A DNA stretch of 63,319 nucleotides, counting the filler. It is 10 parts of 10 records of this genome, joined end to end, with 100 filler letters (N's around TTAATTAATTAA, not from the genome) between each part and the next. Parts side by side here need not be neighbours in the genome. Positions count along the whole stretch, not along the records: positions 51,094 to 55,124 come from SRR20825010_1134; positions 55,225 to 59,235 come from SRR20825010_1136; positions 59,336 to 63,319 come from SRR20825010_1161; 7 more parts are not named here. The stretch is one strand, 5' to 3'. A program made the position numbers and the translations under genes. Below the pieces are notes generated by a model, which saw only the letters and a list, made by a program, of their open reading frames with translations, ran no database searches and was not told where the DNA came from. Of the stretch, positions 53,568-63,319 are shown piece by piece. Position 1 is the stretch's first letter. Every line of letters starts with the position of its first letter.

Positions 53568-54437
53568 ATGCCAGTACCAGTTCGGAAGGCGATCTTTCCG
53601 GTTGGGGGGCTTGGTACGCGTTTCCTGCCTGCAACCAAGTCGATGCCGAAGGAAATGCTCCCGGTTGTCGATAAACCGCTCATCCAGTACGCCGTCGAGG
53701 AAGCCCGTGCCGCCGGGATCGAGGAGTTCATCTTCGTCACTGGCCGGGGAAAATCCGCGATAGAGGATCATTTCGATCACGCGTTCGAGCTGCAATCCAT
53801 GCTTGGAGACCGTGGCAAGGAAGAGGCTCTGAAGGTTGTCGAGGCGACGATCCCGCAGCCCGGACAGTTTTCCTACACACGTCAGCAGGAACCGCTGGGC
53901 CTTGGCCACGCCGTCTGGTGTGCCCGGAACTTCGTCGGCATGGAGCCTGTTGCCGTTCTGCTCGCGGACGACCTTATCCTGAATGGCAAGGGCTGCCTGA
54001 AGCAGATGGTCGACGCCTATAACAGGGTTGGCGGAAACATGGTCGCGGCCATGGAAGTCTCGCGCGAGGAAACCCAGTCCTATGGCGTCATTACGCCAGG
54101 CGAGGTCAACGACCGCCTGATCGAGGTGCGCGGCCTTGTGGAAAAGCCGAAGCCGGAAGAAGCACCATCGAACTATGCGATTATCGGCCGCTACATTCTG
54201 CAGCCGAAGGTGTTCGAGGATCTGGCGCGTTTCGAGAAGGGCGCCGGGGGCGAAATCCAGCTGACGGATGCCATGGCGCGGCAGCTCGGCTTGCAGCCTT
54301 TCAACGGTTTCCTGTTTGAAGGCCATCGTTTCGACTGCGGCAACAAGGCCGGGTTCCTCGAAGCGAATATCGCCTATGCTCTCGACCGTCCGGACATGGC
54401 CGATGCCGTCCGGAGCTTTTTGAAGAATTACGCCTGA
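53568..54437 (+). CDS. galU: UTP--glucose-1-phosphate uridylyltransferase
   Basis: GLGTRFLPATKSMPKEMLPVVDKP, GLGHAV, VEKP, GEIQLTDA. Confidence 0.96.
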   Translation: MPVPVRKAIFPVGGLGTRFLPATKSMPKEMLPVVDKPLIQYAVEEARAAGIEEFIFVTGRGKSAIEDHFDHAFELQSMLGDRGKEEALKVVEATIPQPGQFSYTRQQEPLGLGHAVWCARNFVGMEPVAVLLADDLILNGKGCLKQMVDAYNRVGGNMVAAMEVSREETQSYGVITPGEVNDRLIEVRGLVEKPKPEEAPSNYAIIGRYILQPKVFEDLARFEKGAGGEIQLTDAMARQLGLQPFNGFLFEGHRFDCGNKAGFLEANIAYALDRPDMADAVRSFLKNYA

Positions 54438-54452
54438 TAACGGAGCGAATTC

Positions 54453-55124
54453 ATGCGTATTGCCATGATCGGTACGGGCTATGTTGGCCTGGTATCCGGA
54501 GCCTGCTTTTCGGAATTCGGTAACGACGTCGTTTGCGTCGACAAGGACGAGGTGAAAATCTCCCGTCTCGACCGCGGAGAAATTCCGATTTTCGAGCCGG
54601 GCCTGGATGATCTTGTCGCCAATAATGTGCGGGCCGGGCGGCTGACCTTCACCACGGACCTGACCTCGGCGGTCAGAGACGCGGACGCGGTGTTCATCGC
54701 CGTCGGTACGCCGACACGGCGCGGCGACGGGCATGCGGATCTTTCCTATGTCTATGGCGCGGCGAAAGAGATCGCCGCGGCGATGGACGGTTATACCGTT
54801 GTTGTCACGAAATCGACGGTTCCTGTCGGCACCGGCCGTGAGGTCGAGCGGATCATTCGCGAGGCCCGGCCGGACGTCGAATTCGACGTTTGCTCGAACC
54901 CGGAATTCCTGCGCGAAGGGGCTGCGATCACCGACTTCATGCGGCCTGACCGGGTGGTGATTGGCACGGAGAGCGAGCGCGCCCAGGAAGCGATGCGGGA
55001 AATCTACCGCCCGCTCTATCTGATCGAGACGCCGATCGTCTTCACCTCGTTGCAGACCAGCGAGCTGATCAAATACGCGGCGAACACCTTCCTTGCGACC
55101 AAGATCACCTTCATCAATGAAATT
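54453..55124 (+). CDS. ugd: UDP-glucose 6-dehydrogenase, 3' truncated
   Basis: GTGYVG, VGTP, KSTVPVGT, NPEFLREG, KYAANTFLATKI. Confidence 0.92.
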
Positions 55125-55224
55125 NNNNNNNNNNNNNNNNNNNNNNNNNNNNNNNNNNNNNNNNNNNNTTAATTAATTAANNNNNNNNNNNNNNNNNNNN
55201 NNNNNNNNNNNNNNNNNNNNNNNN

Positions 55225-56508
55225 GCCCTTGCAGATGCCGTTGCAGCCGCAGATTTCCGCGTCATCGGGAAGTGCTGCCACGGCCGCCGCCGGATCGACG
55301 GCACCGCCGCCCTGATAGGCCTGTCCGAAAATCAGCGTCTCGCGCATCTCCGAGACATCGGTCCCGCGCTTCAGCATGTCGAAATACCAGGCGCCGTCGG
55401 CGGTATCGCCGTAAAGCACGGCACCGATCACGCGATTGTCCTGCAGGATCACGCGCTTGTAGATGCCGCGGGTGGCATCGCGCAACACCACCTCCTCGCG
55501 GTCCGGCCCCTCGGCGAAATCGCCGGCGGAAAACAGCTTGATGCCGGTGACCTTCAGCTTGGTGTTGACGTGGGACCCCTTGTATTCGGCCGCGCTGCCG
55601 GAAAGCCGGTCGGCAAGCACGCCGGCACTTTCATAAAGCGGCGCGACCAACCCGTAGCAGGTGCCGCGATGCTCGGCGCATTCGCCGAGCGCGAAGATTG
55701 CGGGATCGGAGGTCGCCATGCCGTCATCGACGACGATGCCGCGATTGGTCGCAAGGCCTGCGTCCTTGGCAAGCCCGGCCGCCGGGCGGATGCCGACGGC
55801 CATCACCACCATATCGGCGGAGATGATGCGGCCATCATCGAGCTCGACGCCCTCGACGCGCGTCTCACCAAGGATCCGTTTGGTGTTGGCCTTGGTGATG
55901 ATCTCGATGCCGCGTTGTTCGAGCGCCTTTTCGAGAAGGTAGGCGGCGGCGGGATCGAGCTGCCGCTCCATGATCGTGTCCATCAGATGCAGCACCGTGA
56001 CGCTCATGCCGCGCTGCTTCAGCCCATAGGCCGCTTCAAGGCCCAAAAGCCCGCCGCCGATGACGACCGCGTGGCCCTGGCCTTCAGCGATTTTCAGCAT
56101 CGCGCCGACATCGTCGAGATCGCGATAGGCAAGGACGCCCGGAAGATCGTGGCCGGGGACCGGAATGATGAAGGGCGAGGAGCCGGTGGCGATCACCAGC
56201 CGGTCATAGCGGGCGATGACGCCGTTTTCGGCGGTAACTGTCTTGGCTTCCCGGTCGATCTTCGCGACCTTTGCGCCGCGATAGAGCGTCACGCCATGCG
56301 CTTCATACCAGTCGTCGCCATGGATGATGATGTCTTCATAGGTTTTTTCGCCCGAAAGCACCGGCGACAGCATGATGCGGTCGTAGTTCACCCGTGGCTC
56401 GGCGTTGAAAATGGTGACGTCGTAGCGGCCGGGCGCCTTTTCGAACAGGTTTTCGAGCATCCGCCCGGGCGCCATGCCGTTTCCGATGATGACGAGTTTC
56501 TCAGCCAT
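55225..56508 (-). CDS. nirB: assimilatory NADH nitrite reductase large subunit, 3' truncated
   Basis: GNGMA, NYDRIMLS, GGGLLGLEAA, TKLKVTG, ICGCNG; nitrate ABC context. Confidence 0.93.
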
Positions 56509-56513
56509 GATGT

Positions 56514-58277
56514 CTACTCCGCAGCAGCGTGTTTTGTGAGGGTCTGCCGGCTGATGCGCTGATTGCGCTTTTCCCGGATGGCGGCCAGTTGCGCCTCCGC
56601 CGGCGATGCGCCGCCCTCATAGGCTTCCAGGAATTCCAGCAGTTCCTCGCGATAGGCGTAATAATCGGGATGATCGAGCAGCGCTTTTCGCGAGCGCGGG
56701 CGCGGCAGGTCGACCTCCATGATGTTGCCGATCGTCGCATTCGGACCGTTCGACATCATCACCACGCGGTCGGCGAGCAGGATGGCCTCGTCGACGTCAT
56801 GGGTGACGCAGATGGCGGTGACCTTGGTGCGCGACCACACCTCCATCAGCACTTCCTGCAATTCCCAGCGCGTCAGGCTGTCGAGCATGCCGAAAGGCTC
56901 ATCGAGCAACAGCAGCTTCGGCGAAAGCGCGAAGGCGCGGGCGATGCCGACACGCTGGCGCATGCCGTTGGAAAGATCCGCGGCGTGACGGTGCATCGCA
57001 TCGCCAAGACCGACGCGCTCCAGGTAATATTCGACGATATCCCTGCGCTCGGCGGGGCTCGCCCTGGGGTAAACCCGGTCGACACCGAGCGCGACATTCT
57101 CGCGCGCGGTCAGCCACGGCATCAGCGAGGGTGCCTGGAACACCACGGCGCGATCCGGGCCGGCACCCGAAATCTCGCGACCGTCGAGAATGATGCCGCC
57201 GCCGCTGATCGGGTTCAGCCCGGCCGCCATCGACAGCACCGTCGATTTTCCGCAGCCGGAATGGCCGATCACGGAAATGAACTCGCCCTTCCTCATCTTC
57301 AGGTCGAACCCATCGACAACCGTCAACGGCCCCTTCGGTGTCGGGTAGATCTTGGTAACCTGCGAAAACTCGACATAGCCGCGTTCGATCGCCGAGCCCG
57401 CCCTTGCCCGGTAGGCCGCAGGCAAGGTTTTCGAGGTTGACCGGATCGTGATCGGAACCACATTCGGGAGCGCTTCCACGCGGCCCGCTTCCGGCCTGGC
57501 GCTGATCCCGACATCCATCAGATAGGCGGTGACCGACGAACGGATGCGGATGAAATCCGGGTCGGAATTCAGTTCCGCGCGGTCGCGCGGCCGGGCCAGC
57601 CGGACATCGAAGGACGGCCCGAACGTGGCGCGGGGACCGGGCGTCAGCGGCACGATCCGGTCGGCCAGCAGAATGGCCTCGTCGACATCATTGGTGACGA
57701 GGACGATCGTCTTCTTCTCCTTCTGCGAGATATCCGCCAGTTCGTCCTGAAGCTTGGCGCGGGTCAGCGCGTCGAGGGCGGAAAGCGGTTCGTCGAGCAG
57801 CAGCAGGTCGGGCTGCATGGCGAGCGCGCGGGCCACCGAAACCCGCTGGCGCATGCCGCCGGAAAGCTCGGAAGGCTTGCGATCGCAGGCGTGATCGAGC
57901 CCCACCATCGTCACATAGTGGTCGACCAGCGCCGCGCGCGCGGCGGCGTTTTTATCCTTGTGCACGGCATCGACGGCGAGCCGGACATTGGCCTGAACCG
58001 AGAGCCACGGCATCAGCGCGTAGTTCTGAAACACGATGCCGCGTTTCGGAGACGGGCCTTCGACCGGTTCGCCGCGAAACAGGATTTCGCCGCCATCCGG
58101 CCGCTCCAGCCCGGCCAGCATCGACATCAGCGTCGTTTTCCCGGCGCCGGAAAACCCCAGGATCGCGATGAACTCGCCTTCGTCGACCTTCAGTGAAATG
58201 TTGGCGAGGACATCATTGCGTCCGGCGCCTTCGCCATAGCCCTTCTTGACGTCCTTGAGTTCGAGAATGGTGTTCAT
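56514..58277 (-). CDS. nitrate ABC transporter ATP-binding protein with two ATPase domains (NrtC/D-like)
   Basis: GFSGAGKT + LSGGMRQ and GHSGCGKS + LSNGMRQ. Confidence 0.9.
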   Translation of the reverse strand: MNTILELKDVKKGYGEGAGRNDVLANISLKVDEGEFIAILGFSGAGKTTLMSMLAGLERPDGGEILFRGEPVEGPSPKRGIVFQNYALMPWLSVQANVRLAVDAVHKDKNAAARAALVDHYVTMVGLDHACDRKPSELSGGMRQRVSVARALAMQPDLLLLDEPLSALDALTRAKLQDELADISQKEKKTIVLVTNDVDEAILLADRIVPLTPGPRATFGPSFDVRLARPRDRAELNSDPDFIRIRSSVTAYLMDVGISARPEAGRVEALPNVVPITIRSTSKTLPAAYRARAGSAIERGYVEFSQVTKIYPTPKGPLTVVDGFDLKMRKGEFISVIGHSGCGKSTVLSMAAGLNPISGGGIILDGREISGAGPDRAVVFQAPSLMPWLTARENVALGVDRVYPRASPAERRDIVEYYLERVGLGDAMHRHAADLSNGMRQRVGIARAFALSPKLLLLDEPFGMLDSLTRWELQEVLMEVWSRTKVTAICVTHDVDEAILLADRVVMMSNGPNATIGNIMEVDLPRPRSRKALLDHPDYYAYREELLEFLEAYEGGASPAEAQLAAIREKRNQRISRQTLTKHAAAE

Positions 58278-58287
58278 CACATCCTCC

Positions 58288-59235
58288 TTACCGGTTTGCC
58301 GAATAGGTGAAGGCGGTCTGAAGCGCGAACATCACCCGGTCGAGAAAGAAGCCGATCAGGCCGATGGTGATGACCGCGACCATGATGCGCGCCAGCGAGA
58401 CGGAAGAGCCGTTCTGGAATTCGTCCCAGACGAATTTGCCGAGGCCGGGGTTCTGCGCCAGCATTTCCGCGGCGATCAGCACCATCCAGCCGACGCCGAG
58501 CGAAAGCCGCATGCCAGTGAAGATCAGCGGCAGCGATGACGGCAGCACCAGCTTGCGGATCGTCGTCCAGGTGGAAAGCTGCAGCACCTTGCCGACATTG
58601 ACGAGATCGCGATCGATCGAGGCAACGCCCAGCGCCGTGTTGATGATGGTCGGCCAGATGGAACAGAGCGTCACGGTCACCGCCGAGATCACCATCGATT
58701 TCGGCAGAAAGTCGCTCTGGCTTTCGTAAAGCGCGGCCACCACCATGGTCACGATCGGCAGCCACGCCAGCGGGGAGACCGGCTTGAACAACTGAATCAG
58801 CGGGTTGATCGCACCCTCGAAGGTCTTCGAAAGCCCGCAGGCGATGCCGACGGGCACGGCGATGATGGTGCCGATCAGGAAACCGAGGCCGACCGTGACC
58901 AGCGAGGTGAGGATCTGGTCGAAATAGGTCGGCTTGCCGGTATATGGGCGCACCTTCACCCGATCGGAATACCCCTGCCCGATCAGCATCTGGTTGCGTT
59001 CGTCCTGACGCTGGTAGAATTCCTGAGCCTTTTCGCGCTCGGCGAAATGATCGTCCACCAGCGCCTCGGCCTGTTGCAGCACCTCGGCGGGACCGGGGAT
59101 CGCGCCGAGCGAGGTGTGGACCTTCGGTGCCAGAAATGCCCAGGCCGCGAGAAACGCCAGAATGCCGATCAGCGGCACGAGCAGCATCTGCCTCAGGTCC
59201 GCCCACTGCTGCGACGGCGTGTCGCCGGCGGCCAA
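58288..59235 (-). CDS. nitrate ABC transporter permease (NrtB-like), 5' truncated
   Basis: [30 protein letters not shown]. Confidence 0.9.
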   Translation of the reverse strand: MAAGDTPSQQWADLRQMLLVPLIGILAFLAAWAFLAPKVHTSLGAIPGPAEVLQQAEALVDDHFAEREKAQEFYQRQDERNQMLIGQGYSDRVKVRPYTGKPTYFDQILTSLVTVGLGFLIGTIIAVPVGIACGLSKTFEGAINPLIQLFKPVSPLAWLPIVTMVVAALYESQSDFLPKSMVISAVTVTLCSIWPTIINTALGVASIDRDLVNVGKVLQLSTWTTIRKLVLPSSLPLIFTGMRLSLGVGWMVLIAAEMLAQNPGLGKFVWDEFQNGSSVSLARIMVAVITIGLIGFFLDRVMFALQTAFTYSANR

Positions 59236-59335
59236 NNNNNNNNNNNNNNNNNNNNNNNNNNNNNNNNNNNNNNNNNNNNTTAATTAATTAANNNNNNNNN
59301 NNNNNNNNNNNNNNNNNNNNNNNNNNNNNNNNNNN

Positions 59336-59354
59336 TTCACCCAAGGGCACAGAG
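59336..59354 (+). repeat. 19-nt direct repeat shared by both ends of the last contig
   Basis: TTCACCCAAGGGCACAGAG at 59336-59354 and 63301-63319. Confidence 0.95.
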
Positions 59355-59391
59355 AGCCTGAAAGGGGTAATCCGACATCCTGCCATTAACA

Positions 59392-60084
59392 TCAATTCAG
59401 CGTCGCCAGGTGCTCCCGCAGCGCCGCCTCATCTTCAACCGTAATGCGCCCGTAGCCCAGCGTGATCAGGCCCTGCGCCTCAAACGCCTTGAGCGTCCGG
59501 TGCACGCCCTGGCGGGTCATCCCCATCATATTGGCAATATGTTCACGGGTCAGGCGCACCGTCACCGGCCCGCCCTCCGGCTTGCCGCCCCGTTGCATTT
59601 GCGACAGAAACAACAAGCGCTGCCCTATCCGCGCCTGGGTACCCCGCAATGCGTCTTCTTCGATCATAGAAATAGCTGACCACAGCCGCTGGCTGATCAG
59701 ATCCAGCACCACCGGGTAACTCTGCGGGTAACGTTGCAGCAAGTTACGGAAAAAGGGACCCGGCACTTCCACCAACACCGCCGCCTCGTGGGCCGTGGCG
59801 CCATAGACCCGCCCGGTACCGGGGGAAAACACCGCATCGCCAAACCAGGTACCGCTGTCAAAAATAATCAGCACGGCTTCCTGGCCCTGGGCATTAACCG
59901 AACTGATCCGCACCAGGCCCTCGGCAATCACACACAGGTTGGACTGGGGCTCGCCCTTTTCATAAATCGGCTGGTTGGCCTGAAACGAGCGCACCCGGGC
60001 GTGCCGCGCCGCTTCATGCAGGGCAACATCGGGAAATCCGGCCAGTAAGGGACAGTGCCGCAGCACCGTGTACGCATCCGTCAT
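59392..60084 (-). CDS. Crp/Fnr family transcriptional regulator
   Basis: cNMP-like domain (G.V...WFGD) and HTH LTREHIANMMGMTRQGV. Confidence 0.9.
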   Translation of the reverse strand: MTDAYTVLRHCPLLAGFPDVALHEAARHARVRSFQANQPIYEKGEPQSNLCVIAEGLVRISSVNAQGQEAVLIIFDSGTWFGDAVFSPGTGRVYGATAHEAAVLVEVPGPFFRNLLQRYPQSYPVVLDLISQRLWSAISMIEEDALRGTQARIGQRLLFLSQMQRGGKPEGGPVTVRLTREHIANMMGMTRQGVHRTLKAFEAQGLITLGYGRITVEDEAALREHLATLN

Positions 60085-60092
60085 GAAGCAAT

Positions 60093-60108
60093 TGTAAACC
60101 AGTTGACA
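60093..60108. promoter_or_regulatory. near-palindromic operator TGTAAAC-CA-GTTGACA, candidate site for the adjacent Crp/Fnr protein
   Basis: dyad centred about 30 nt upstream of a -10-like TACACT (60131-60136), the geometry of a class II activator site. Confidence 0.5.
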
Positions 60109-60212
60109 GTTTTCCCCCTAACCCCGGGCCTACACTCAAGAGAGTTTAAAAAAGAGTACCTTCATAAGGGTCACTGACCCGCATAAGACCCACAACAAGG
60201 GAGAGCGCTACA

Positions 60213-60998
60213 ATGAACAGCCAGGTCACCATTACCCCAGCTACCATCCCCTCCAAGAAAGGCAGCGTCAGCGCCGAAGAATGGCAACTGCGCGTGGATC
60301 TCGCCGCCGCCTACCGGCTGATTGCCCTGCACGGCTGGGATGATCTTATTTTTACGCACTTGTCCGCCCGTATCCCCGGTGACGAGCACCATTTCCTGAT
60401 CAACCCCTACGGGATGATGTTCGACGAAATCACGGCCTCCAGTCTGGTCCGCGTGGATCAGGAAGGTAACAAGCTGGACGACAGCGATTACGACATTAAC
60501 CCGGCCGGGTTTACCATCCACAGTGCCATCCACGCCGTGCGCGACGATGCGGCCTGTGTCATGCACACCCACACCACCGCCGGTGTGGCCGTGTCGGCCC
60601 AGCAGGAAGGCTTGTTGGCACTGTCACAGCAGAGCCTGTTCCCACTGGCCAGCCTGGCCTATCACGACTACGAAGGTGTGGCCCTGCGCGACGATGAAAA
60701 AGCGCGCCTGCAAGCCGATCTGGGCGACGCAAACTTTATGATTCTGCGTAACCATGGCCTTCTCACTGTGGGCAGCACCATCGCTGACACCTTCCTGGGC
60801 ATGTTCATCCTGCAGCGTGCCTGCGAAATCCAGCTGCAAGCCCTCTCCGGCAACCGCCCGCTGACCCCGATCCCCGCAGGCATCGTCGACACCATCAAAC
60901 AACAGGCATCGCAGGTAACCAAGGGCATGGGCGGCAACCTGGCGTGGCCCGGCCTGCTGCGCAAGCTGGACCGTAACAATCCCGGCTACGCGGAATAA
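60213..60998 (+). CDS. class II aldolase/adducin family protein
   Basis: THLSAR, NPAGFTIHSAIH, HTHT, LRNHG. Confidence 0.92.
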   Translation: MNSQVTITPATIPSKKGSVSAEEWQLRVDLAAAYRLIALHGWDDLIFTHLSARIPGDEHHFLINPYGMMFDEITASSLVRVDQEGNKLDDSDYDINPAGFTIHSAIHAVRDDAACVMHTHTTAGVAVSAQQEGLLALSQQSLFPLASLAYHDYEGVALRDDEKARLQADLGDANFMILRNHGLLTVGSTIADTFLGMFILQRACEIQLQALSGNRPLTPIPAGIVDTIKQQASQVTKGMGGNLAWPGLLRKLDRNNPGYAE

Positions 60999-61008
60999 GG
61001 AGTGCACC

Positions 61009-61605
61009 ATGAATGACATGACCGCACCGCGCGCCGAGTTTACGCATATGAAGGATGGCACCGGCGAGGACTGGCAGATCATTGCCAAGTCCTTCGGTGA
61101 TTTCAGCAAGGGGCTGTCTGACCGCATCATGACGCACCTGCGTCTGTTGGAAGGCGACTTCGGCGGCTTCAAGATCGACCGGTTCCAGCATTGCCTGCAA
61201 ACTGCCACCCTGGCCCACCGTGACGGCAAGGACGACGAATACGTGGTCTGCGCGCTGCTGCACGACATCGGCGACACCCTCGGCACCTTCAATCACGCTG
61301 ACGTGGCCGCCGTATTGCTGGAACCGTTCGTGAGCGATGCCAACCACTGGATGGTGAAACACCACGCCATCTTCCAGGGCTACTACTTCTTCCATTACCT
61401 GGGCATGGATCGCGACATGCGCGAGAACTTCAAGGATCACCCGCACTATCGGCAGACCCTGGAGTTCGTCAGCAAGTACGATTCCCCCGCGTTCAATCCG
61501 GAGGGAGAAATCCTGCCGCTGGATTACTTCGAGCCCATGTTGCGTAAGGTCTTCGCCGAGCCGCGTAAATCACTCTACAAAGAGGCGATGACGGAGCAGG
61601 AATAA
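61009..61605 (+). CDS. HD domain protein, PhnZ-like ligand pattern
   Basis: HCLQTAT...ALLHDIG...NH...KHH...YD. Confidence 0.85.
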   Translation: MNDMTAPRAEFTHMKDGTGEDWQIIAKSFGDFSKGLSDRIMTHLRLLEGDFGGFKIDRFQHCLQTATLAHRDGKDDEYVVCALLHDIGDTLGTFNHADVAAVLLEPFVSDANHWMVKHHAIFQGYYFFHYLGMDRDMRENFKDHPHYRQTLEFVSKYDSPAFNPEGEILPLDYFEPMLRKVFAEPRKSLYKEAMTEQE

Positions 61606-61626
61606 CTCGTCTCGTCACCCACACGC

Positions 61627-61662
61627 CAGTGCCCCTCTCACGCTATCGGAAGAGGGGCACTG
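61627..61662. terminator. strong hairpin after the HD gene
   Basis: CAGTGCCCCTCT / AGAGGGGCACTG 12-bp stem, no clear U-tract. Confidence 0.6.
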
Positions 61663-61821
61663 CCAATAATAAACATCAACCGGGCAACCGTTTCCCCTGA
61701 AAAAACAAAGCCCTGCCCCGTGTTTCCCCTGTCTGCATCCGCCTCTGTCCATTCAGGCCAAAAACCAGCAAGTTCTCACGATTGTGCTTTCCTGCCATTG
61801 TCACCAGCACGCAGTAAACCC

Positions 61822-61837
61822 AATGTATACACACATT
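61822..61837. promoter_or_regulatory. palindrome AATGT-ATACAC-ACATT upstream of the oxygenase gene
   Basis: 5-bp inverted repeat about 25 nt before the start; regulator unknown. Confidence 0.35.
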
Positions 61838-61860
61838 AAATACCGTTTTAGAGGTGAGTG

Positions 61861-63231
61861 ATGGCACAGTCACTGGATGCACTCTGGGAAAAAGTGCGGG
61901 CGCAGAAAACCCGCATCCCCTCCCTGTATGGCGATATCGATTTCGATGTCACACCGGAACGTTTTACCGACGACATCCACACCCGCAGTGCCCTGCCCGA
62001 AAAGTTTTCCCGCAAATACCGCGGAGGCATTCTGGCCGACAAGGAAAAAGTGGAACGGGCCCGGGCCTACACCCTGCTCGGCGATACCGTTTCCGACGCC
62101 TATTCCGCGCTGATGCCGGAATACGGCTTTCGCAATCTGATCACCATGCTCAAGAAAGCCTGCGATGAAGGCCTGGAGGCCGTGGACAATGCGCCCCAGG
62201 AGCTGATCGATTTCATCACTGCCATGGAAACCACACCGGACTGGGTAGACATGGAACTAGTGCGTGAAGGGGCTCGCCTCAGCCGCAACCAGATGGTCAA
62301 CCTGGCCCCCTACGTAATTCGTGGCGCCTTCGTCGCCACCTTTATGAACAAGTACTCAGGCCTGCCCATGGCGATTACCGGCACCCTGGCCAATGACTCG
62401 GTGAACCAGCGCATCAACGAAACCGCCAGCTTTTTCACCACCGCCACCCTGCCCGGCGCACTGGAACGCTTCGGCCCCGGCTTCAAGGCCGCCGCCATGG
62501 TGCGCCTGATGCACTCCATGGTGCGCTTCAACATCATCAAGCGGGCCACCACCGACAAAGGCGGCCCCTGGGACCCGGCCGTCTACGGCATTCCCATTCC
62601 CCAGGTAGACCAGATGCCCGCCGGCACCATGCCCGCCTACCTCACCGCCTTCAAGGCCCTGCGCAAAGGGCGCAAACACTTCACCGCCAACGAGCGAGCC
62701 ATTGTCGAGTTGTCACGCTATGAATGCTTCCTGCTGGGCTTACCCGAAGAGCTGCTGCCCGCCGAGGCGCCGGACATTATCGACACCATGCTCACCTACT
62801 CAGGCACACTGCGCGAAGGCTATGACGACGAGACCTGCGGCGAGCTCACCCGCGCGACCATGTCGGTCTTTCGCCCCAAAGACGAAACGCTGCTCAGCAA
62901 AGTGCACAACCGGGTGGAGCGCAGTTTCTCCAAAGTCTTCTTTACTCAGGCGTTCCTGGGCCGCAAGGACAAATCGAAAGCAAAAGAAATGGGCGTGGAA
63001 CCGCACCTGATAGACTATGCCCTGTTCACCGTAGGCAACCTGTTCGTGCTACCCCGGCTGATCGCCTATCGCACACTGCAAGACATCCCGGTGATCAACA
63101 AGGCGGCGGACAAGATATTGGTGAAGAGAATTAAGGCACTACTGGTGGACTATGGCCACGCGGAATACACCACCGACGCCAATCAGTACGCCCCGACAAC
63201 ACAGGAAAGCAAACAGCAAAACGTCGCCTGA
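61861..63231 (+). CDS. MpaB/rubber-oxygenase (Lcp-like, DUF2236) family protein
   Basis: PDWVD, RINET, VRLMHSMVR (haem-ligand His motif), GIPIPQ. Confidence 0.85.
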   Translation: MAQSLDALWEKVRAQKTRIPSLYGDIDFDVTPERFTDDIHTRSALPEKFSRKYRGGILADKEKVERARAYTLLGDTVSDAYSALMPEYGFRNLITMLKKACDEGLEAVDNAPQELIDFITAMETTPDWVDMELVREGARLSRNQMVNLAPYVIRGAFVATFMNKYSGLPMAITGTLANDSVNQRINETASFFTTATLPGALERFGPGFKAAAMVRLMHSMVRFNIIKRATTDKGGPWDPAVYGIPIPQVDQMPAGTMPAYLTAFKALRKGRKHFTANERAIVELSRYECFLLGLPEELLPAEAPDIIDTMLTYSGTLREGYDDETCGELTRATMSVFRPKDETLLSKVHNRVERSFSKVFFTQAFLGRKDKSKAKEMGVEPHLIDYALFTVGNLFVLPRLIAYRTLQDIPVINKAADKILVKRIKALLVDYGHAEYTTDANQYAPTTQESKQQNVA

Positions 63232-63243
63232 AGGCGGCGCTGG

Positions 63244-63304
63244 TGTCGGGTTACGGCTACGCCTAACCCGACCTACGAATCACTGTTTTTGTAGGTCGAA
63301 TTCA
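63244..63304. repeat. GTAG-family REP elements (one complete, one apparently truncated)
   Basis: TGTCGGGTTA-CGGCTACGCC-TAACCCGACCTAC at 63244-63276; GTAGGTCGAATTCA at 63291-63304. Confidence 0.75.
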
Positions 63305-63319
63305 CCCAAGGGCACAGAG

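Overview
This window is not one locus. It is ten unrelated contigs joined by nine 100-nt artificial spacers (N-run/TTAATTAATTAA/N-run), so gene neighbourhoods only count within a contig. Taxonomy below is inferred from gene content and protein style only. (1) 1-7365, Rhizobiales-like: GntR-linked catabolic cluster (MBL-fold lactonase, NIPSNAP, two beta-hydroxyacid dehydrogenases, aldehyde dehydrogenase, CMD protein, cupin). (2) 7466-12600, alphaproteobacterial: a four-gene phage-type lysis-like cassette with no other phage genes, next to an APC permease, ketopantoate reductase and a GFA protein. (3) 12701-28715, Marinobacter-like: gap/edd/glk, an internally deleted nitroreductase, and a glycerol region (ABC binding protein, porin, glpD, glpR, glpK, sigma-54 activator, ABC ATPases). 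(4) 28816-32255: DUF2778 protein and nrdEF. (5) 32356-35488: folC, trxA, addA. (6) 35589-40453: type I R-M hsdS end, hsdR and an M48-like gene, converging on about 1 kb of ORF-poor, hairpin-dense sequence. (7) 40554-50993, Rhodopirellula-like: ASPIC/UnbV protein, glgX, DUF1559, rpmE-prfA-prmC. (8) 51094-55124: VWA and Tim14-like J-protein pair, galU, ugd. (9) 55225-59235: nitrate ABC transporter and nirB. (10) 59336-63319, Alcanivorax-like: Crp/Fnr regulator, class II aldolase, PhnZ-like HD protein and MpaB-type oxygenase, with identical 19-nt ends. The best candidates for undescribed biology are the putative large structured RNA beside the R-M operon, the orphan lysis cassette, the VWA/J-domain module and the aldolase/HD operon. 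All calls come from reading motifs by eye; no database search or folding computation was run.
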